From an uncultured Spirochaetia bacterium (GTDB lineage: Bacteria; Oederibacteriota; PGYV01; CAYNMZ01), in the NCBI GenBank assembly GCA_964398505.1, contig CAYNMZ010000002.1, positions 1-60,423 on the forward strand: a DNA stretch of 60,423 nucleotides, given 5' to 3'. A program made the translations under genes and the position numbers. The notes beneath the pieces were generated by a model that was given only the letters and a program-made list of their open reading frames with translations, was not told the DNA's origin and made no database searches. Of this stretch, positions 27,609-37,238 are shown one piece after another (within the stretch, counting starts at the first letter, position 1; each line of letters begins with the position of its first letter).

Positions 27609-27635
27609 CTTTTATGCCGCACGGTCAAGGACCTG

Positions 27636-28157
27636 TCAGTTGCCGCCGGACACGGGGTTTGAAGTAAAATTCAGCAACAGGGCCCTGACATAATAAAAAA
27701 CCGCGAATCCTGACACTGCCAGCTTCAGCGCTATGCCGGCAAGCAGGCCGAGGACAGTACCAAACGAGGTTTTCAGAGAGGACTCAAGGCCCCTTCCCGC
27801 GGTAAGCTCCGCAACAAGCGCGCCAAGAAAAGGGAAAATTACCATGCCGAGCGGCGGCAGTATAAATATTCCCGCGAAGAGGCCGATTAGCGAGCCTGTG
27901 ACAGCCCTTCTTGAGCCGCCTGTCTTTTGCACGCCGAGCACGGGCAGTATATTGTCCAATACCGCAGAAAGCACGGCGATTGCGCCGAAAGCTATGAGGA
28001 AAAACAGGGAAAATTCCGCGAATTTGGAAAAATGAAGCAGAAGTATGCCGAAAAATGACAATGGAGGGCCGGGAATAAAAGGCACTACACAGCCTATAAG
28101 CCCTAAAAGCACGCACAGGCCCGCCAGCAAGGTCAATATAATGTCAATTGCTTCCAT
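27636..28157 (-). CDS. DUF456-family membrane protein
   Basis: GLIGCVVPFIPGPPL, GSLIGLFAGIF, PFLGALVAEL, ALKLA pattern. Confidence 0.8.
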   Translation of the reverse strand: MEAIDIILTLLAGLCVLLGLIGCVVPFIPGPPLSFFGILLLHFSKFAEFSLFFLIAFGAIAVLSAVLDNILPVLGVQKTGGSRRAVTGSLIGLFAGIFILPPLGMVIFPFLGALVAELTAGRGLESSLKTSFGTVLGLLAGIALKLAVSGFAVFYYVRALLLNFTSNPVSGGN

Positions 28158-28256
28158 AATGCCTCCGAAAAGTTTTTTCCATTATATAATAATGAAAGCC
28201 TCCCTGAAAGCCTGTTTTTTGATTAGTCCTGTTCGTCATGTTCGTCAAAATTAGCC

Positions 28257-28285
28257 TTGTTAACCCCTTCCTGCGGGTGTATAAT
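28257..28285 (+). promoter_or_regulatory. sigma70-type promoter of the GH-like gene
   Basis: TTGTTA, 17 bp, TATAAT. Confidence 0.6.
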
Positions 28286-28313
28286 ATCTCTTGTTGGTGA
28301 AGGAGCAATCAGC

Positions 28314-29954
28314 ATGGGAAATACGGCTATTAAAAAGGATTTTGTGGACTCATTCAGCTACCCGTCAAAAAACCCGAGGCCGCTCGGAAAGGAACCCCTG
28401 TCTGTGCCGAGGGACCCGCTTATAACCGATTTTTCCGCGTTCGCGGGCAGGCCTTTCAAGCCCTCAAGCTTCAAATACGCGCTTTACCTTACGGCCTTTG
28501 ACGTGCGGGACTACGGGGCAGACATAAAGAAGTTCATTAAAATATTCAGCCCGCTTTCCTTAAGCCGTGTTTACCTTGAAACATACAGGGACGGCTACAG
28601 GGCGGACAAAAGCGTCCTTACTTCTGCGCAAAAAGCCCTGGAAAAGTCGGGCATATCCGTTTTTGGGGGCATTACCACCACGCATTTTTCCGACAAGTGC
28701 GGCTTCAATTCCTGGTACTCTGCGTCTTCCTGCTACACGGAAGCCGCGGCGCGGAAAAAATTGCGCGATGAGTTCTCGTTTTGCGCCGGGCTTTTTGACA
28801 ACATAATTATTGATGACTGGTTTTTTACGGTGTGCGAGTGCCCTGAATGCGTAAAGGCGAAGAAGAAAAAAACATGGGCCGAGTACAGGGGAAAGCTCAT
28901 GGCGGATGTCTCGAAAAAATACGCCATAGAACCCGCGAAAAAAACCAATAAAAAAGTAAAGCTCATACTGAAACTGCCGCACTGGTACGAAAAGTTTTAT
29001 TCTTCGGGATATGACCTTGAAAAGCTTATCCCGCTTTACGACGAGATAGCCGTGGGCACGGAGACGCGCGACCCGGCGACCACAAGGTTCATGCCTGTCC
29101 ACGGCGCGCTGCTTTTCAACTACATCGCAAGGCTCGCGCCAGGAAAGGTGAAAAAGGCGTGGTTTGATATTTACAACTGCAATAAGGAAATCTACACCGA
29201 ACAGGCTTACCAGTCGGTCCTGGGAGGCGCGGAAGAGCTCATACTTTTTTGCGGCGGCATACTGCCGCAGCCGCTCATGAGGCCGCTTGTGGAGGAAATG
29301 ATAGCTGCCACGCCGAAGATAGACAGGCTCAGCGGCTTCAAGGGACTTTTCAAGGCTCCCATAATAAGGGAGACAAACGCGGAGGATACCGTAAAGCTGG
29401 AGCAGTATTTCCTGATGGCGGGCATACCCGCTTACATAACACCTGAGACGGGTTTAAAGGAAAAATTTGTGGTGCTGACAGGGCAGTCCTGCGGCCCAAA
29501 ACAGTGCGCGCAACTTTTTAACGGCATGCTTAAGGCAGGCAAGGACATGCTGCTGACAGCGGAGTTCGCGTCCATGGCCGGCCGGGCCTTTAATGTAAGG
29601 AAGATGCCGCAGCAGGTGAAGATTGAGACGATAAAATACAACAGCAGGGAAGAAAACGTGGATAGCCGCGCATATGTAGGTTATGACATAAGGGACGGCA
29701 GGGAAATATGCCTGTCAAACGGCGCGTACCCGCTGCTGAGCTATTTTAAAATAAAGAACAGCTCAATATGGGTCATGGATGTGCCGGATGTAAAGTCGGA
29801 AATAACAACCCATGACGGCGGCAGGATAAACGAGGGACTGCGTTTCCTCCTGCGCTCAAGGGGGTTTGTGGAAGCGATAAAAGCCCCGTTTTCAGGGTAT
29901 GTGAACGTGAATTTGTATGACAGGGTGAAGACGATGTATAAGCATAAGTTATAA
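28314..29954 (+). CDS. Hypothetical protein, putative glycoside-hydrolase-like TIM barrel with CxCxxC
   Basis: VYLETYR, FDNIIIDDWFFTVCECPEC, GTETRDP and WFD strands. No signal peptide. Start at ATG 28314 after AGGAG. Confidence 0.55.
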   Translation: MGNTAIKKDFVDSFSYPSKNPRPLGKEPLSVPRDPLITDFSAFAGRPFKPSSFKYALYLTAFDVRDYGADIKKFIKIFSPLSLSRVYLETYRDGYRADKSVLTSAQKALEKSGISVFGGITTTHFSDKCGFNSWYSASSCYTEAAARKKLRDEFSFCAGLFDNIIIDDWFFTVCECPECVKAKKKKTWAEYRGKLMADVSKKYAIEPAKKTNKKVKLILKLPHWYEKFYSSGYDLEKLIPLYDEIAVGTETRDPATTRFMPVHGALLFNYIARLAPGKVKKAWFDIYNCNKEIYTEQAYQSVLGGAEELILFCGGILPQPLMRPLVEEMIAATPKIDRLSGFKGLFKAPIIRETNAEDTVKLEQYFLMAGIPAYITPETGLKEKFVVLTGQSCGPKQCAQLFNGMLKAGKDMLLTAEFASMAGRAFNVRKMPQQVKIETIKYNSREENVDSRAYVGYDIRDGREICLSNGAYPLLSYFKIKNSSIWVMDVPDVKSEITTHDGGRINEGLRFLLRSRGFVEAIKAPFSGYVNVNLYDRVKTMYKHKL

Positions 29955-29968
29955 AGTAAGAACCATAT

Positions 29969-30073
29969 CCATAAGCCATAATAAAACGCATTACAAATAA
30001 GACAAAAAATGAAGACGCGGGCAATGGCGTACAACACTTCCCAAACACTTCGCACTTCGCACGCACTTCGCAC
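29969..30073 (+). repeat. Heptamer-type repeats (CCATAAG CCATAAT; CACTTCG x3)
   Basis: CCATAAGCCATAATAAAA is identical to 8606-8623; CACTTCG at 30046, 30053 and 30064. Confidence 0.7.
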
Positions 30074-30080
30074 AATTTTC

Positions 30081-30109
30081 TTGCCTAAAAAACCCGTTTA
30101 TGCTATTAT
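30081..30109 (+). promoter_or_regulatory. rpsB promoter
   Basis: TTGCCT, 17 bp, TG-n-TATTAT. Confidence 0.7.
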
Positions 30110-30122
30110 TTCCCGATTTTAA

Positions 30123-30203
30123 AAAACGCATGCTTTTGGATCCCGAGCGGGTCCCGGTATCATCCGGGCGCACGGGAGATGAAAAAAGCAGAGGCAAAAA
30201 ACC
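30123..30203 (+). ncRNA. rpsB 5' leader (t44-like S2 autoregulatory element)
   Basis: Outer stem TGCTTTT(30131-37)/AAAAGCA(30184-90), inner stems TCCCG/CGGGA and CCCGG/CCGGG, followed by GAGGC...AACC as in rpsB leaders. Confidence 0.65.
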
Positions 30204-30219
30204 GTAAGGAGGATTTACC

Positions 30220-31077
30220 ATGCCACAGATTGCCATGAAAGCACTTCTTGAATCAGGTGTCCATTTCGGGCACCAAACCAAGCGTTGGAACCCCAAGATG
30301 AAGCCGTATATTTTCGCGGCGCGAAACGGCATTTACATCATTGACCTGCAGAAAACCCTGAAGTATACGCGCGAGGCCGTCACTTTCGTGAAAAGCGTGA
30401 TAAGGAACGGCGAAAAAATCCTGTTTGTCGGCACAAAAAAGCAGGCAAAGGAAGCGATAAAAGAGGAAGCCATGCGCTGCGGCATGCCTTATGTCTCCTC
30501 GCGCTGGCTCGGAGGCACGCTTACCAATTTCGTCACAATTCAGAAAAGGGTGGAGAGGCTGCGCGAGCTTGAAGAAATGGACGCGACCGGCGGGTTTGAC
30601 AAGTACCCGGTAAAGGAAAGGATGTCCATGCAAAAAGAGCTTGCCAAGCTCCGCAACAACCTTGACGGGTTGAAGGAAATGGACACCCTGCCCGGAGCGA
30701 TTTTTGTAATAGACACAAAGCGAGAGGAAAACGCCATACGGGAATGCAACAGGCTCGGCGTGCCGGTCTGCGCGGTTGTTGACACTAACTGCGACCCTGA
30801 CGGAATTGACGTCCTGATACCCGGCAATGACGATGCTATAAGGGCGGTCAGGCTTATGTGCAAGATAATGGCTGATTCCATAATAGAGGAAAAGGTCCAG
30901 ATGGAGAAAGACAAAGAAGTGGCAATGCAACAGGCTGAGGCGGAAGCCGCGGCTACTGCTGCTGCGGAAGGCACTCCAGAAGAAAAGGAAAAAGCAGAAG
31001 CAATGGCTTCAGCCGGGGAATATGAGAAGGTTTTTGTTGAAGAAGAAACAGAGGAAAAACACGAAGAGATAAAATAA
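30220..31077 (+). CDS. rpsB: 30S ribosomal protein S2
   Basis: [46 protein letters not shown]. Confidence 0.98.
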   Translation: MPQIAMKALLESGVHFGHQTKRWNPKMKPYIFAARNGIYIIDLQKTLKYTREAVTFVKSVIRNGEKILFVGTKKQAKEAIKEEAMRCGMPYVSSRWLGGTLTNFVTIQKRVERLRELEEMDATGGFDKYPVKERMSMQKELAKLRNNLDGLKEMDTLPGAIFVIDTKREENAIRECNRLGVPVCAVVDTNCDPDGIDVLIPGNDDAIRAVRLMCKIMADSIIEEKVQMEKDKEVAMQQAEAEAAATAAAEGTPEEKEKAEAMASAGEYEKVFVEEETEEKHEEIK

Positions 31078-31101
31078 TAAAATTACAGGAGAACACGAAA
31101 T

Positions 31102-31698
31102 ATGGCTGACGTAAAAATAGAGCAGGTGAAGGAATTAAGGGAAAAGTCAGGAGCGGGAATGGGCGATTGCAGGGCGGCGCTGATTGAGACAGGCGGGGAT
31201 ATGGAAAAGGCCATGGAGTGGTTGAGGCAGAAGGGCATAGCGTCCGCGGGAAAGAGGAGCGGCAGGGCGGCCAAGGAAGGCAAAATACACGCTTACATAC
31301 ACGGAAACGGAAAGCTCGGCGTGCTTGTGGAAATAAATTGTGAAACTGATTTTGTCGCGAGGACCGAGGATTTTGAGGAGCTTTGTAAGGAAGCTGGTAT
31401 GCAGATAGCGGCAATGAACGCTCAGTATGTAAGGCGCGAGGATGTGCCTGCTGATGTAATTGCCAAGGAAAAGGAAATATACGCGGCACAGGTAAAGGAA
31501 TCCGGAAAGCCGGCCAATGTAGTGGATAAGATAGTTGAGGGAAAGCTTGAAAAGTTTTACAAGGAAGTGTGCCTGCTTGAGCAGGCTTATATAAAAGATG
31601 ACAAGAAGGATTTTGGGACATACCTTAAGGAAAAAATAGGAAAGCTCGGCGAGAACCTTGTGATAAAGAGGTTTGTGAGGTTTGTGCTGGGCGAGTGA
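31102..31698 (+). CDS. tsf: Elongation factor Ts (short, 198-aa type)
   Basis: VKELREKSGAGMGDC, VEINCETDFVAR, KEVCLLEQ, RFVRFVLGE. Confidence 0.97.
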   Translation: MADVKIEQVKELREKSGAGMGDCRAALIETGGDMEKAMEWLRQKGIASAGKRSGRAAKEGKIHAYIHGNGKLGVLVEINCETDFVARTEDFEELCKEAGMQIAAMNAQYVRREDVPADVIAKEKEIYAAQVKESGKPANVVDKIVEGKLEKFYKEVCLLEQAYIKDDKKDFGTYLKEKIGKLGENLVIKRFVRFVLGE

Positions 31699-31700
31699 TT

Positions 31701-31763
31701 TGAAATCCGGATTCCGGAATCAAGAACCGGGGCTTAGTAATTGACTCCGGACACCGGATTTCA
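31701..31763. repeat. Heptamer-built inverted repeat (23-bp arms, 20/23 complementary)
   Basis: TGAAATCCGGATTCCGGAATCAA ... TTGACTCCGGACACCGGATTTCA. Confidence 0.85.
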
Positions 31764-31811
31764 GGAACAGCGGTTTAGTATTTGACTCCGGGCTTCAATA
31801 AAGGGGTGTTT

Positions 31812-32522
31812 ATGCCAAAGGCAAAGTACAAGAGGATAATGCTAAAGATTTCCGGCGAGGCCTTAGCGGGCGAAAAAAAGGCGGGTATTGATTTTGAGAC
31901 AGTGCACGATATAGCGGCAGAGATCAAGGAAGTCCATAAAATGGGAGTCCAGGCGGGCGTGGTAATAGGCGGGGGCAACATATTCAGGGGCGGACGCGGC
32001 AAGATACAAATAGACCGCGTGGTGGGCGACTATATGGGAATGCTCGCGACTATCATAAACGCCATGGCCCTGCAGGATATACTGGAACAGATGGGAGTAA
32101 AGACACGCGTTCTTTCCGCTATAGAAATGAACGAGCTGACAGAGCCGTTCATTCGTCGCAGGGCAATTAGGCACCTTGAAAAGGGACGGGTCGTGATTTT
32201 CGGCGGCGGTACAGGTAACCCGTATTTTACAACCGACACGGCAGCGGCATTGCGCGCGACTGAAATCGGCGCGGAAGTTTTTCTTAAAGCTACAAAGGTT
32301 TCAGGCGTGTATTCCGGCGACCCTGAGACAGACAGTAACGCCAAGAAGTTCGGTAAGCTTAAATACATAGACGTGCTCAACAAGAACCTGAAGGTCATAG
32401 ATTCAACCGCGATATCTCTGTGCATGGAAAATAAGATACCGATTATAATTTTTAACCTCAAGGAAAAAGGAAATGTAAAGAAGGTGGTCCTTGGCAGGGA
32501 CATCGGGACCACAATCAGCTAA
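31812..32522 (+). CDS. pyrH: Uridylate kinase
   Basis: [39 protein letters not shown]. Confidence 0.97.
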   Translation: MPKAKYKRIMLKISGEALAGEKKAGIDFETVHDIAAEIKEVHKMGVQAGVVIGGGNIFRGGRGKIQIDRVVGDYMGMLATIINAMALQDILEQMGVKTRVLSAIEMNELTEPFIRRRAIRHLEKGRVVIFGGGTGNPYFTTDTAAALRATEIGAEVFLKATKVSGVYSGDPETDSNAKKFGKLKYIDVLNKNLKVIDSTAISLCMENKIPIIIFNLKEKGNVKKVVLGRDIGTTIS

Positions 32523-32531
32523 GGGGGAGAA

Positions 32532-33086
32532 ATGGAAAATTCCATAAAGGAAATGGAAGCAAAGATGAGCAAGTCCATGGAGGTCTTCCAGAAGGACCTT
32601 TCAGTAATACGTACAGGCAGGGCAAATGTCTCGGTGCTTGACGGCGTGCGGGTGTCGTATTACGGCAACATGATGCCTATTAACCAGGTCGCGGGTGTGT
32701 CGGTTATTGAGGCAAAGACAATTGACATCAAGCCGTGGGACAAGTCATGCATAATAGAGATAGAAAAAGCCATAATGGCCGCGAACCTCGGCCTCGCTGT
32801 TGTAAACACGGGAGACTCGCTTAAGGTCAAGTTTCCTGAGCTTAATGAGGAAACAAGAAGGGATATGGTTAAGAAAGTCAAAAAGATTGGAGAGGAAGCC
32901 AAGGTAAACATAAGGAATATCAGGCGCGAGGCCAACGATAAGATAAAGTCGCTGCAAAAGGAAAAGAAGATTTCAGAGGACGACCAGAAACATTCTGAAG
33001 CAAGGATACAGAAGATTACGGACAAGTTTATAGCTGACATAGACCATATAGTTAAGGCAAAGGAAGAGGATTTGATGACGATATAG
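32532..33086 (+). CDS. frr: Ribosome recycling factor
   Basis: IRTGRAN, YYGNMMPINQ, FPELNEETRRD, VNIRNIRR. Confidence 0.97.
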   Translation: MENSIKEMEAKMSKSMEVFQKDLSVIRTGRANVSVLDGVRVSYYGNMMPINQVAGVSVIEAKTIDIKPWDKSCIIEIEKAIMAANLGLAVVNTGDSLKVKFPELNEETRRDMVKKVKKIGEEAKVNIRNIRREANDKIKSLQKEKKISEDDQKHSEARIQKITDKFIADIDHIVKAKEEDLMTI

Positions 33087-33112
33087 GAATCCGGAATCCG
33101 GATTCCGGATTC
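33087..33112. repeat. Perfect 26-bp palindrome made of heptamers
   Basis: GAATCCGGAATCCGGATTCCGGATTC is its own reverse complement. Confidence 0.92.
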
Positions 33113-33150
33113 AAAAAACCGGATCCTGAATAATCCAGGAAAGGCCCCTT

Positions 33151-33858
33151 ATGAAGGATAAAAAATTGCCCGTGCATGTAGCGGTAATAATGGACGGGAA
33201 CGGCAGGTGGGCTAAAAAAAGGAACCTGCCCAGGATTTTCGGACACAGGGAAGGCGCCAAGTCGGTCAGGGCTGTTACTGAAGCCGCTGCTGAGGCGGGT
33301 ATAAAATATCTTACCTTATACGCTTTCTCCACTGAAAACTGGAAGAGGCCGGAAAAGGAAGTGGATTTCCTCATGGGGCTCCTGGAAAACCACCTTAAAA
33401 CCGAGCTTCCTGTAATGATGAAAAACAATGTAAGGCTTCATACCATAGGCAATATACTGGCGCTTCCTGAGCGTGTTCAAAAAAAACTTAAAATTGTAAA
33501 AAGGAAAACCTCGTCTAATACTGGTTTAAACCTGGTCCTGGCGTTAAATTACGGCGCGAGGGATGAGATAACGGCTGCAGTCAGGAAAATAGCGTTTAAC
33601 GCGAAAAAAGGGCTTATAAATCCCTGTAAAATCGGGCATGAAGATATTTCAAGGCAACTTTACACCGCGGATATTCCGGACCCTGACCTTCTGATAAGGA
33701 CTAGCGGCGAGATGCGCATATCAAATTTTCTCCTCTGGCAGATAGCTTACTCCGAACTGTATGTCACAAAAGTATTGTGGCCTGATTTCAGGAAAAAGGA
33801 ATTTCTAAAGGCCTTGCGCGAGTTTTCAAGGCGCGAGCGAAGGTTTGGAGGAATATAA
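33151..33858 (+). CDS. uppS: Isoprenyl transferase (undecaprenyl diphosphate synthase)
   Basis: HVAVIMDGNGRWA, YAFSTENWKRP, PDLLIRTSGEMRISNFLLWQ. Confidence 0.97.
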   Translation: MKDKKLPVHVAVIMDGNGRWAKKRNLPRIFGHREGAKSVRAVTEAAAEAGIKYLTLYAFSTENWKRPEKEVDFLMGLLENHLKTELPVMMKNNVRLHTIGNILALPERVQKKLKIVKRKTSSNTGLNLVLALNYGARDEITAAVRKIAFNAKKGLINPCKIGHEDISRQLYTADIPDPDLLIRTSGEMRISNFLLWQIAYSELYVTKVLWPDFRKKEFLKALREFSRRERRFGGI

Positions 33859-34670
33859 TGCTGACAAGGATACTTGTGGCCGCGGTTTTAAGCCCCATTG
33901 TGATTTTTTTTGTGTTCTCAAAAAACCCGTATTTTTTTATAGGTATCGCCGTCATTTTCCTGACACTCGCGCTGAATGAAATGTACTCAATGCTGGATAA
34001 GAAGAAAATGAAGGCTTATGCAGTTACCGGAAACATATTCAGTCTTGTTACTTATGTGCTTGTAATTATACGTCCCGAACCGGCTTTTTATTTCGCCTGT
34101 TTCGGTTTTTTTGTAATGACCTGCCTTGCGCAGGTTATTTTTTCAAGGGACGAAAAGAACCTGTTAAGGGTTTTTTATACCGTGCTTCCCGTCGCGTATA
34201 TTACAACGCTCGGGACGTTCGGAATACACTTAAGGATGCTGGAAAACGGGAGCTGGCACATTTTCCTCCTGCTTTTGCTGACACTGGTATATGACAGCGG
34301 CGCATATTTCGCGGGGACGGCTTTCGGCAGGACAAAGCTGATACCCGAGCTGTCGCCGGGAAAATCGGTTGAGGGCTGCGTCGGCGGCGTTATAGTTAAC
34401 CTTATAACCGGGCTCGTCATATATTTCACCCTGCTTCCAAAGGGGCTGCTTGGTGAGCACGGCTGGATACATATGGCTGTCCTTTCCGTGCTCCTGGCTT
34501 TTACGGGGCAGATTGGCGACATTGCCGAATCGGTGTTCAAGAGATACACGGGCGTTAAAAACTCATCCAACATACTTTTAACCCACGGCGGCGCGCTTGA
34601 CAGGATAGACTCGGCAATGTTCAACGCGCCTGTGCTTTTTGTATACCTGAAACTTTTCTCGCTGGTGTAA
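33858..34670 (+). CDS. cdsA: Phosphatidate cytidylyltransferase
   Basis: DSGAYFAG..FG..KL.PELSPGKSVEG, GDIAES.FKR..GVKNS, HGGALDRIDS. Confidence 0.95.
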   Translation: MLTRILVAAVLSPIVIFFVFSKNPYFFIGIAVIFLTLALNEMYSMLDKKKMKAYAVTGNIFSLVTYVLVIIRPEPAFYFACFGFFVMTCLAQVIFSRDEKNLLRVFYTVLPVAYITTLGTFGIHLRMLENGSWHIFLLLLLTLVYDSGAYFAGTAFGRTKLIPELSPGKSVEGCVGGVIVNLITGLVIYFTLLPKGLLGEHGWIHMAVLSVLLAFTGQIGDIAESVFKRYTGVKNSSNILLTHGGALDRIDSAMFNAPVLFVYLKLFSLV

Positions 34671-34673
34671 AAA

Positions 34674-35825
34674 TTGAAAAAAAATGTCGTAATACTCGGC
34701 TCAACAGGCTCTATAGGCGTGTCTGCGCTGAACGGCATAAGGAAAAATCCGGGATTTAATGTGCTTGCGCTTTCGGCATACGCCAGCGCTGACATACTTT
34801 TAAGGCAGGCCGCTGAATTTAAACCGAAATACGCGGCGCTTTGCAGTCCTGCACCGGGTCTTTTGAATCCGGGAATAAGGGGCCTTAAATTCTTGACAGG
34901 GGAAAAAAGCCAGGAGGAACTGGCCTCCCTTCCCGAGGCTGACGTGGTATTGATAAGCATAACGGGCGCCGCTGCTATAAAGCCGCTGCTTGCCGCGGTC
35001 AGGGCAGGCAAGCGTGTTGCGCTCGCGAACAAGGAAGCGCTTGTCATGGCAGGCGGGCTGATAAAAAAAGAGGCCAAAAGGCACGGGGCCGAGATAATAC
35101 CCGTTGACAGCGAGCACAATGCCATGTTCCAGGCCATGGCGGGCAACAACCCGGATGAAATAAGGAAGCTCCATATAACCGCGTCAGGCGGGCCGTTCAA
35201 GAATTACACCAGGGCCATGCTTGATAAAATAACAGTTGAGCAGGCTTTAAAACACCCGACCTGGAAGATGGGAAAAAAGATAACCATAGATTCCGCCACA
35301 CTCATGAACAAGGGCCTTGAAGTCATAGAGGCGCATCACTTGTTTTCCATGCCCTATGAAAAGATAGACGTAATAATACACCCGCAGTCAATAGTGCACT
35401 CAATGGTGGAGTACGTGGACGGCTCCATAATTGCGCAGATGTCGGTGCCTGACATGACGCTGCCCATAATGTACGCGCTCTCATACCCGAAGAGGGCGGA
35501 TTCGGCCGTGGCCGGCCTTGATCTTAAAAAGACCGGAAGGCTCGACTTTTTCCCGGTGGATTTCGGAAAATTCCCGGCTTTTTCACTTGCGATTGAGGCG
35601 GGCAGGGCAGGCGGCACAATGCCGGCTTGCATGAACGCCGCTAACGAGGAAGCTGTGAAAAATTTTCTGGAACGCAGGATAAAATTTGTTAAGATACCTT
35701 ATTATATAGAAATGGCGATGCGGAGACATAAGACAGTAAAAAACCCGGGTTTGGCTGAAATACTTGAAGCTGACCGGGAAGCAAGGGTAAAAGTGAAAAG
35801 TCTCATATCTGGCGCAGGAGCATAA
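34674..35825 (+). CDS. dxr: 1-deoxy-D-xylulose-5-phosphate reductoisomerase
   Basis: LGSTGSIG, LANKEALV, PVDSEHNA, TASGGPF, HPTWKMGKKITIDSATLMNKGLE. Confidence 0.97.
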   Translation: MKKNVVILGSTGSIGVSALNGIRKNPGFNVLALSAYASADILLRQAAEFKPKYAALCSPAPGLLNPGIRGLKFLTGEKSQEELASLPEADVVLISITGAAAIKPLLAAVRAGKRVALANKEALVMAGGLIKKEAKRHGAEIIPVDSEHNAMFQAMAGNNPDEIRKLHITASGGPFKNYTRAMLDKITVEQALKHPTWKMGKKITIDSATLMNKGLEVIEAHHLFSMPYEKIDVIIHPQSIVHSMVEYVDGSIIAQMSVPDMTLPIMYALSYPKRADSAVAGLDLKKTGRLDFFPVDFGKFPAFSLAIEAGRAGGTMPACMNAANEEAVKNFLERRIKFVKIPYYIEMAMRRHKTVKNPGLAEILEADREARVKVKSLISGAGA

Positions 35826-35854
35826 AGTAAAAGAACGAAAAAAAGGAGTTAATC

Positions 35855-37183
35855 ATGCTGGAGATTGTTTATATAATAATAGCCCTGGGGCTTACCATAC
35901 TTGTCCACGAGCTCGGGCATTTTCTTGTAGCAAAGGCCTTAAAAATCAGGGTTGAGGCCTTTTCAATCGGTTTCGGGCCGCAGATTGTCTCGTGGAAAAG
36001 CGGGGACACAGAATACAGGCTGTCCTGGCTGTTTTTTCTTGGAGGTTATGTAAAGCTCTCCGGCGAGGACCCTGAAAAGGTGGACCCGTCGGACGAGAAA
36101 GCTTTTTTGAACCAGCACCCCTTCAAGAAAATACTTATAGCAGTGTCAGGCGTGATACAGAACTTTATTTTCGCCTTTGTGCTTGTGTGGGTTGTTTTTA
36201 TGGCCGGAACAGACGCGTTAAAGCCCGTTATAGGGACAGTTAAACAGGGTTATCCTGCGGCTGAAGCTGGCTTAAGGCCCGGCGACGAGGTTATAAGCGT
36301 GAACGGAAAGGAAATAAAATATTGGGGCGACTTAACTGACGCGATTGTCTCGTCAGGAAATACGGAACTCGTTGTTGCCGCGCGCAGGGGTAGTAAAATA
36401 ATTTCACTTAAAATAAAGCCCAGGATTGAGGAAACTGAGGACCATTTTGGCGAGAAAAAGCCAAAACCCGTGATAGGCATAACGCCTTTGGCTGTTCTCG
36501 CCGAAATAGAGGATTTTGAGAAAGGCCTTCCGGCCGCTTCTTCGGGCCTGAAAAAAGGCGATGTCATAATATCAGTAAACGGCAAAAAAACCGGTTCGTG
36601 GGACGAGGTAAGGGAAAATATAGAGTCTTCCGATGAAGAGGTAGAAATAGGCGTAATGCGCGGGACCGAAACACTCGCGTTTAAAATTAAGACAGAGCAG
36701 AAGCAATACAAGGACAGGTCCTCGGGCAAAAAAACATCGGTTAGGGTAATAGGAATAATACCGAAAGCAAATTCCACAAAGGAAAGATACGGGCCTGTAA
36801 AGGCCGCTGACAAGGCGGCAAGGCAGGTCGCGGAATTTACGGACCTTACGGTGCGCTCAATATACAAGATGATAACAAGGAAGATAAAACCGGACGTGGC
36901 AGGGCCCATAGGAGTTATGCAGATAAGCTATGAGGTGGCAAAGACAGGCCTTTTGAACCTTCTTTTCCTTTTTGCCATAATAAACATTAACCTGGCGCTT
37001 GTGAACTTCCTTCCTGTTCTGCCGCTTGACGGAGGCCTGGCGCTTGTATTCCTAATAGAATGGTTAACGGGCAGGAAAATGCCGCTAAAGGCGCAGGAAA
37101 CGCTGATGCAGATAGGCTGGATGCTGTTGATAGCTCTGCTGTTTTTTCTTACATACCAGGACATATTAAGGCTGGTCAAATAG
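35855..37183 (+). CDS. rseP: RIP metalloprotease RseP with two PDZ domains
   Basis: HELGH, FSIGFGP, two GD.VISVNG PDZ repeats, NFLPVLPLDGG. Confidence 0.95.
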   Translation: MLEIVYIIIALGLTILVHELGHFLVAKALKIRVEAFSIGFGPQIVSWKSGDTEYRLSWLFFLGGYVKLSGEDPEKVDPSDEKAFLNQHPFKKILIAVSGVIQNFIFAFVLVWVVFMAGTDALKPVIGTVKQGYPAAEAGLRPGDEVISVNGKEIKYWGDLTDAIVSSGNTELVVAARRGSKIISLKIKPRIEETEDHFGEKKPKPVIGITPLAVLAEIEDFEKGLPAASSGLKKGDVIISVNGKKTGSWDEVRENIESSDEEVEIGVMRGTETLAFKIKTEQKQYKDRSSGKKTSVRVIGIIPKANSTKERYGPVKAADKAARQVAEFTDLTVRSIYKMITRKIKPDVAGPIGVMQISYEVAKTGLLNLLFLFAIININLALVNFLPVLPLDGGLALVFLIEWLTGRKMPLKAQETLMQIGWMLLIALLFFLTYQDILRLVK

Positions 37184-37238
37184 GCGGCCGGGCTTAAAAG
37201 AAAAAACAGGTTTTTGACATTAAGCAAGGAGACAGGAA

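Noticed and set aside
34175-35200. 341-aa antisense ORF over cdsA/dxr, plus other long antisense ORFs (e.g. 55596-56378, 36250-36909, 30253-30930, 52687-53319)
   Set aside because: They lie fully opposite well-supported genes and have Ser/Phe-rich shadow composition with no motifs. This is expected from the sense strand's codon bias.
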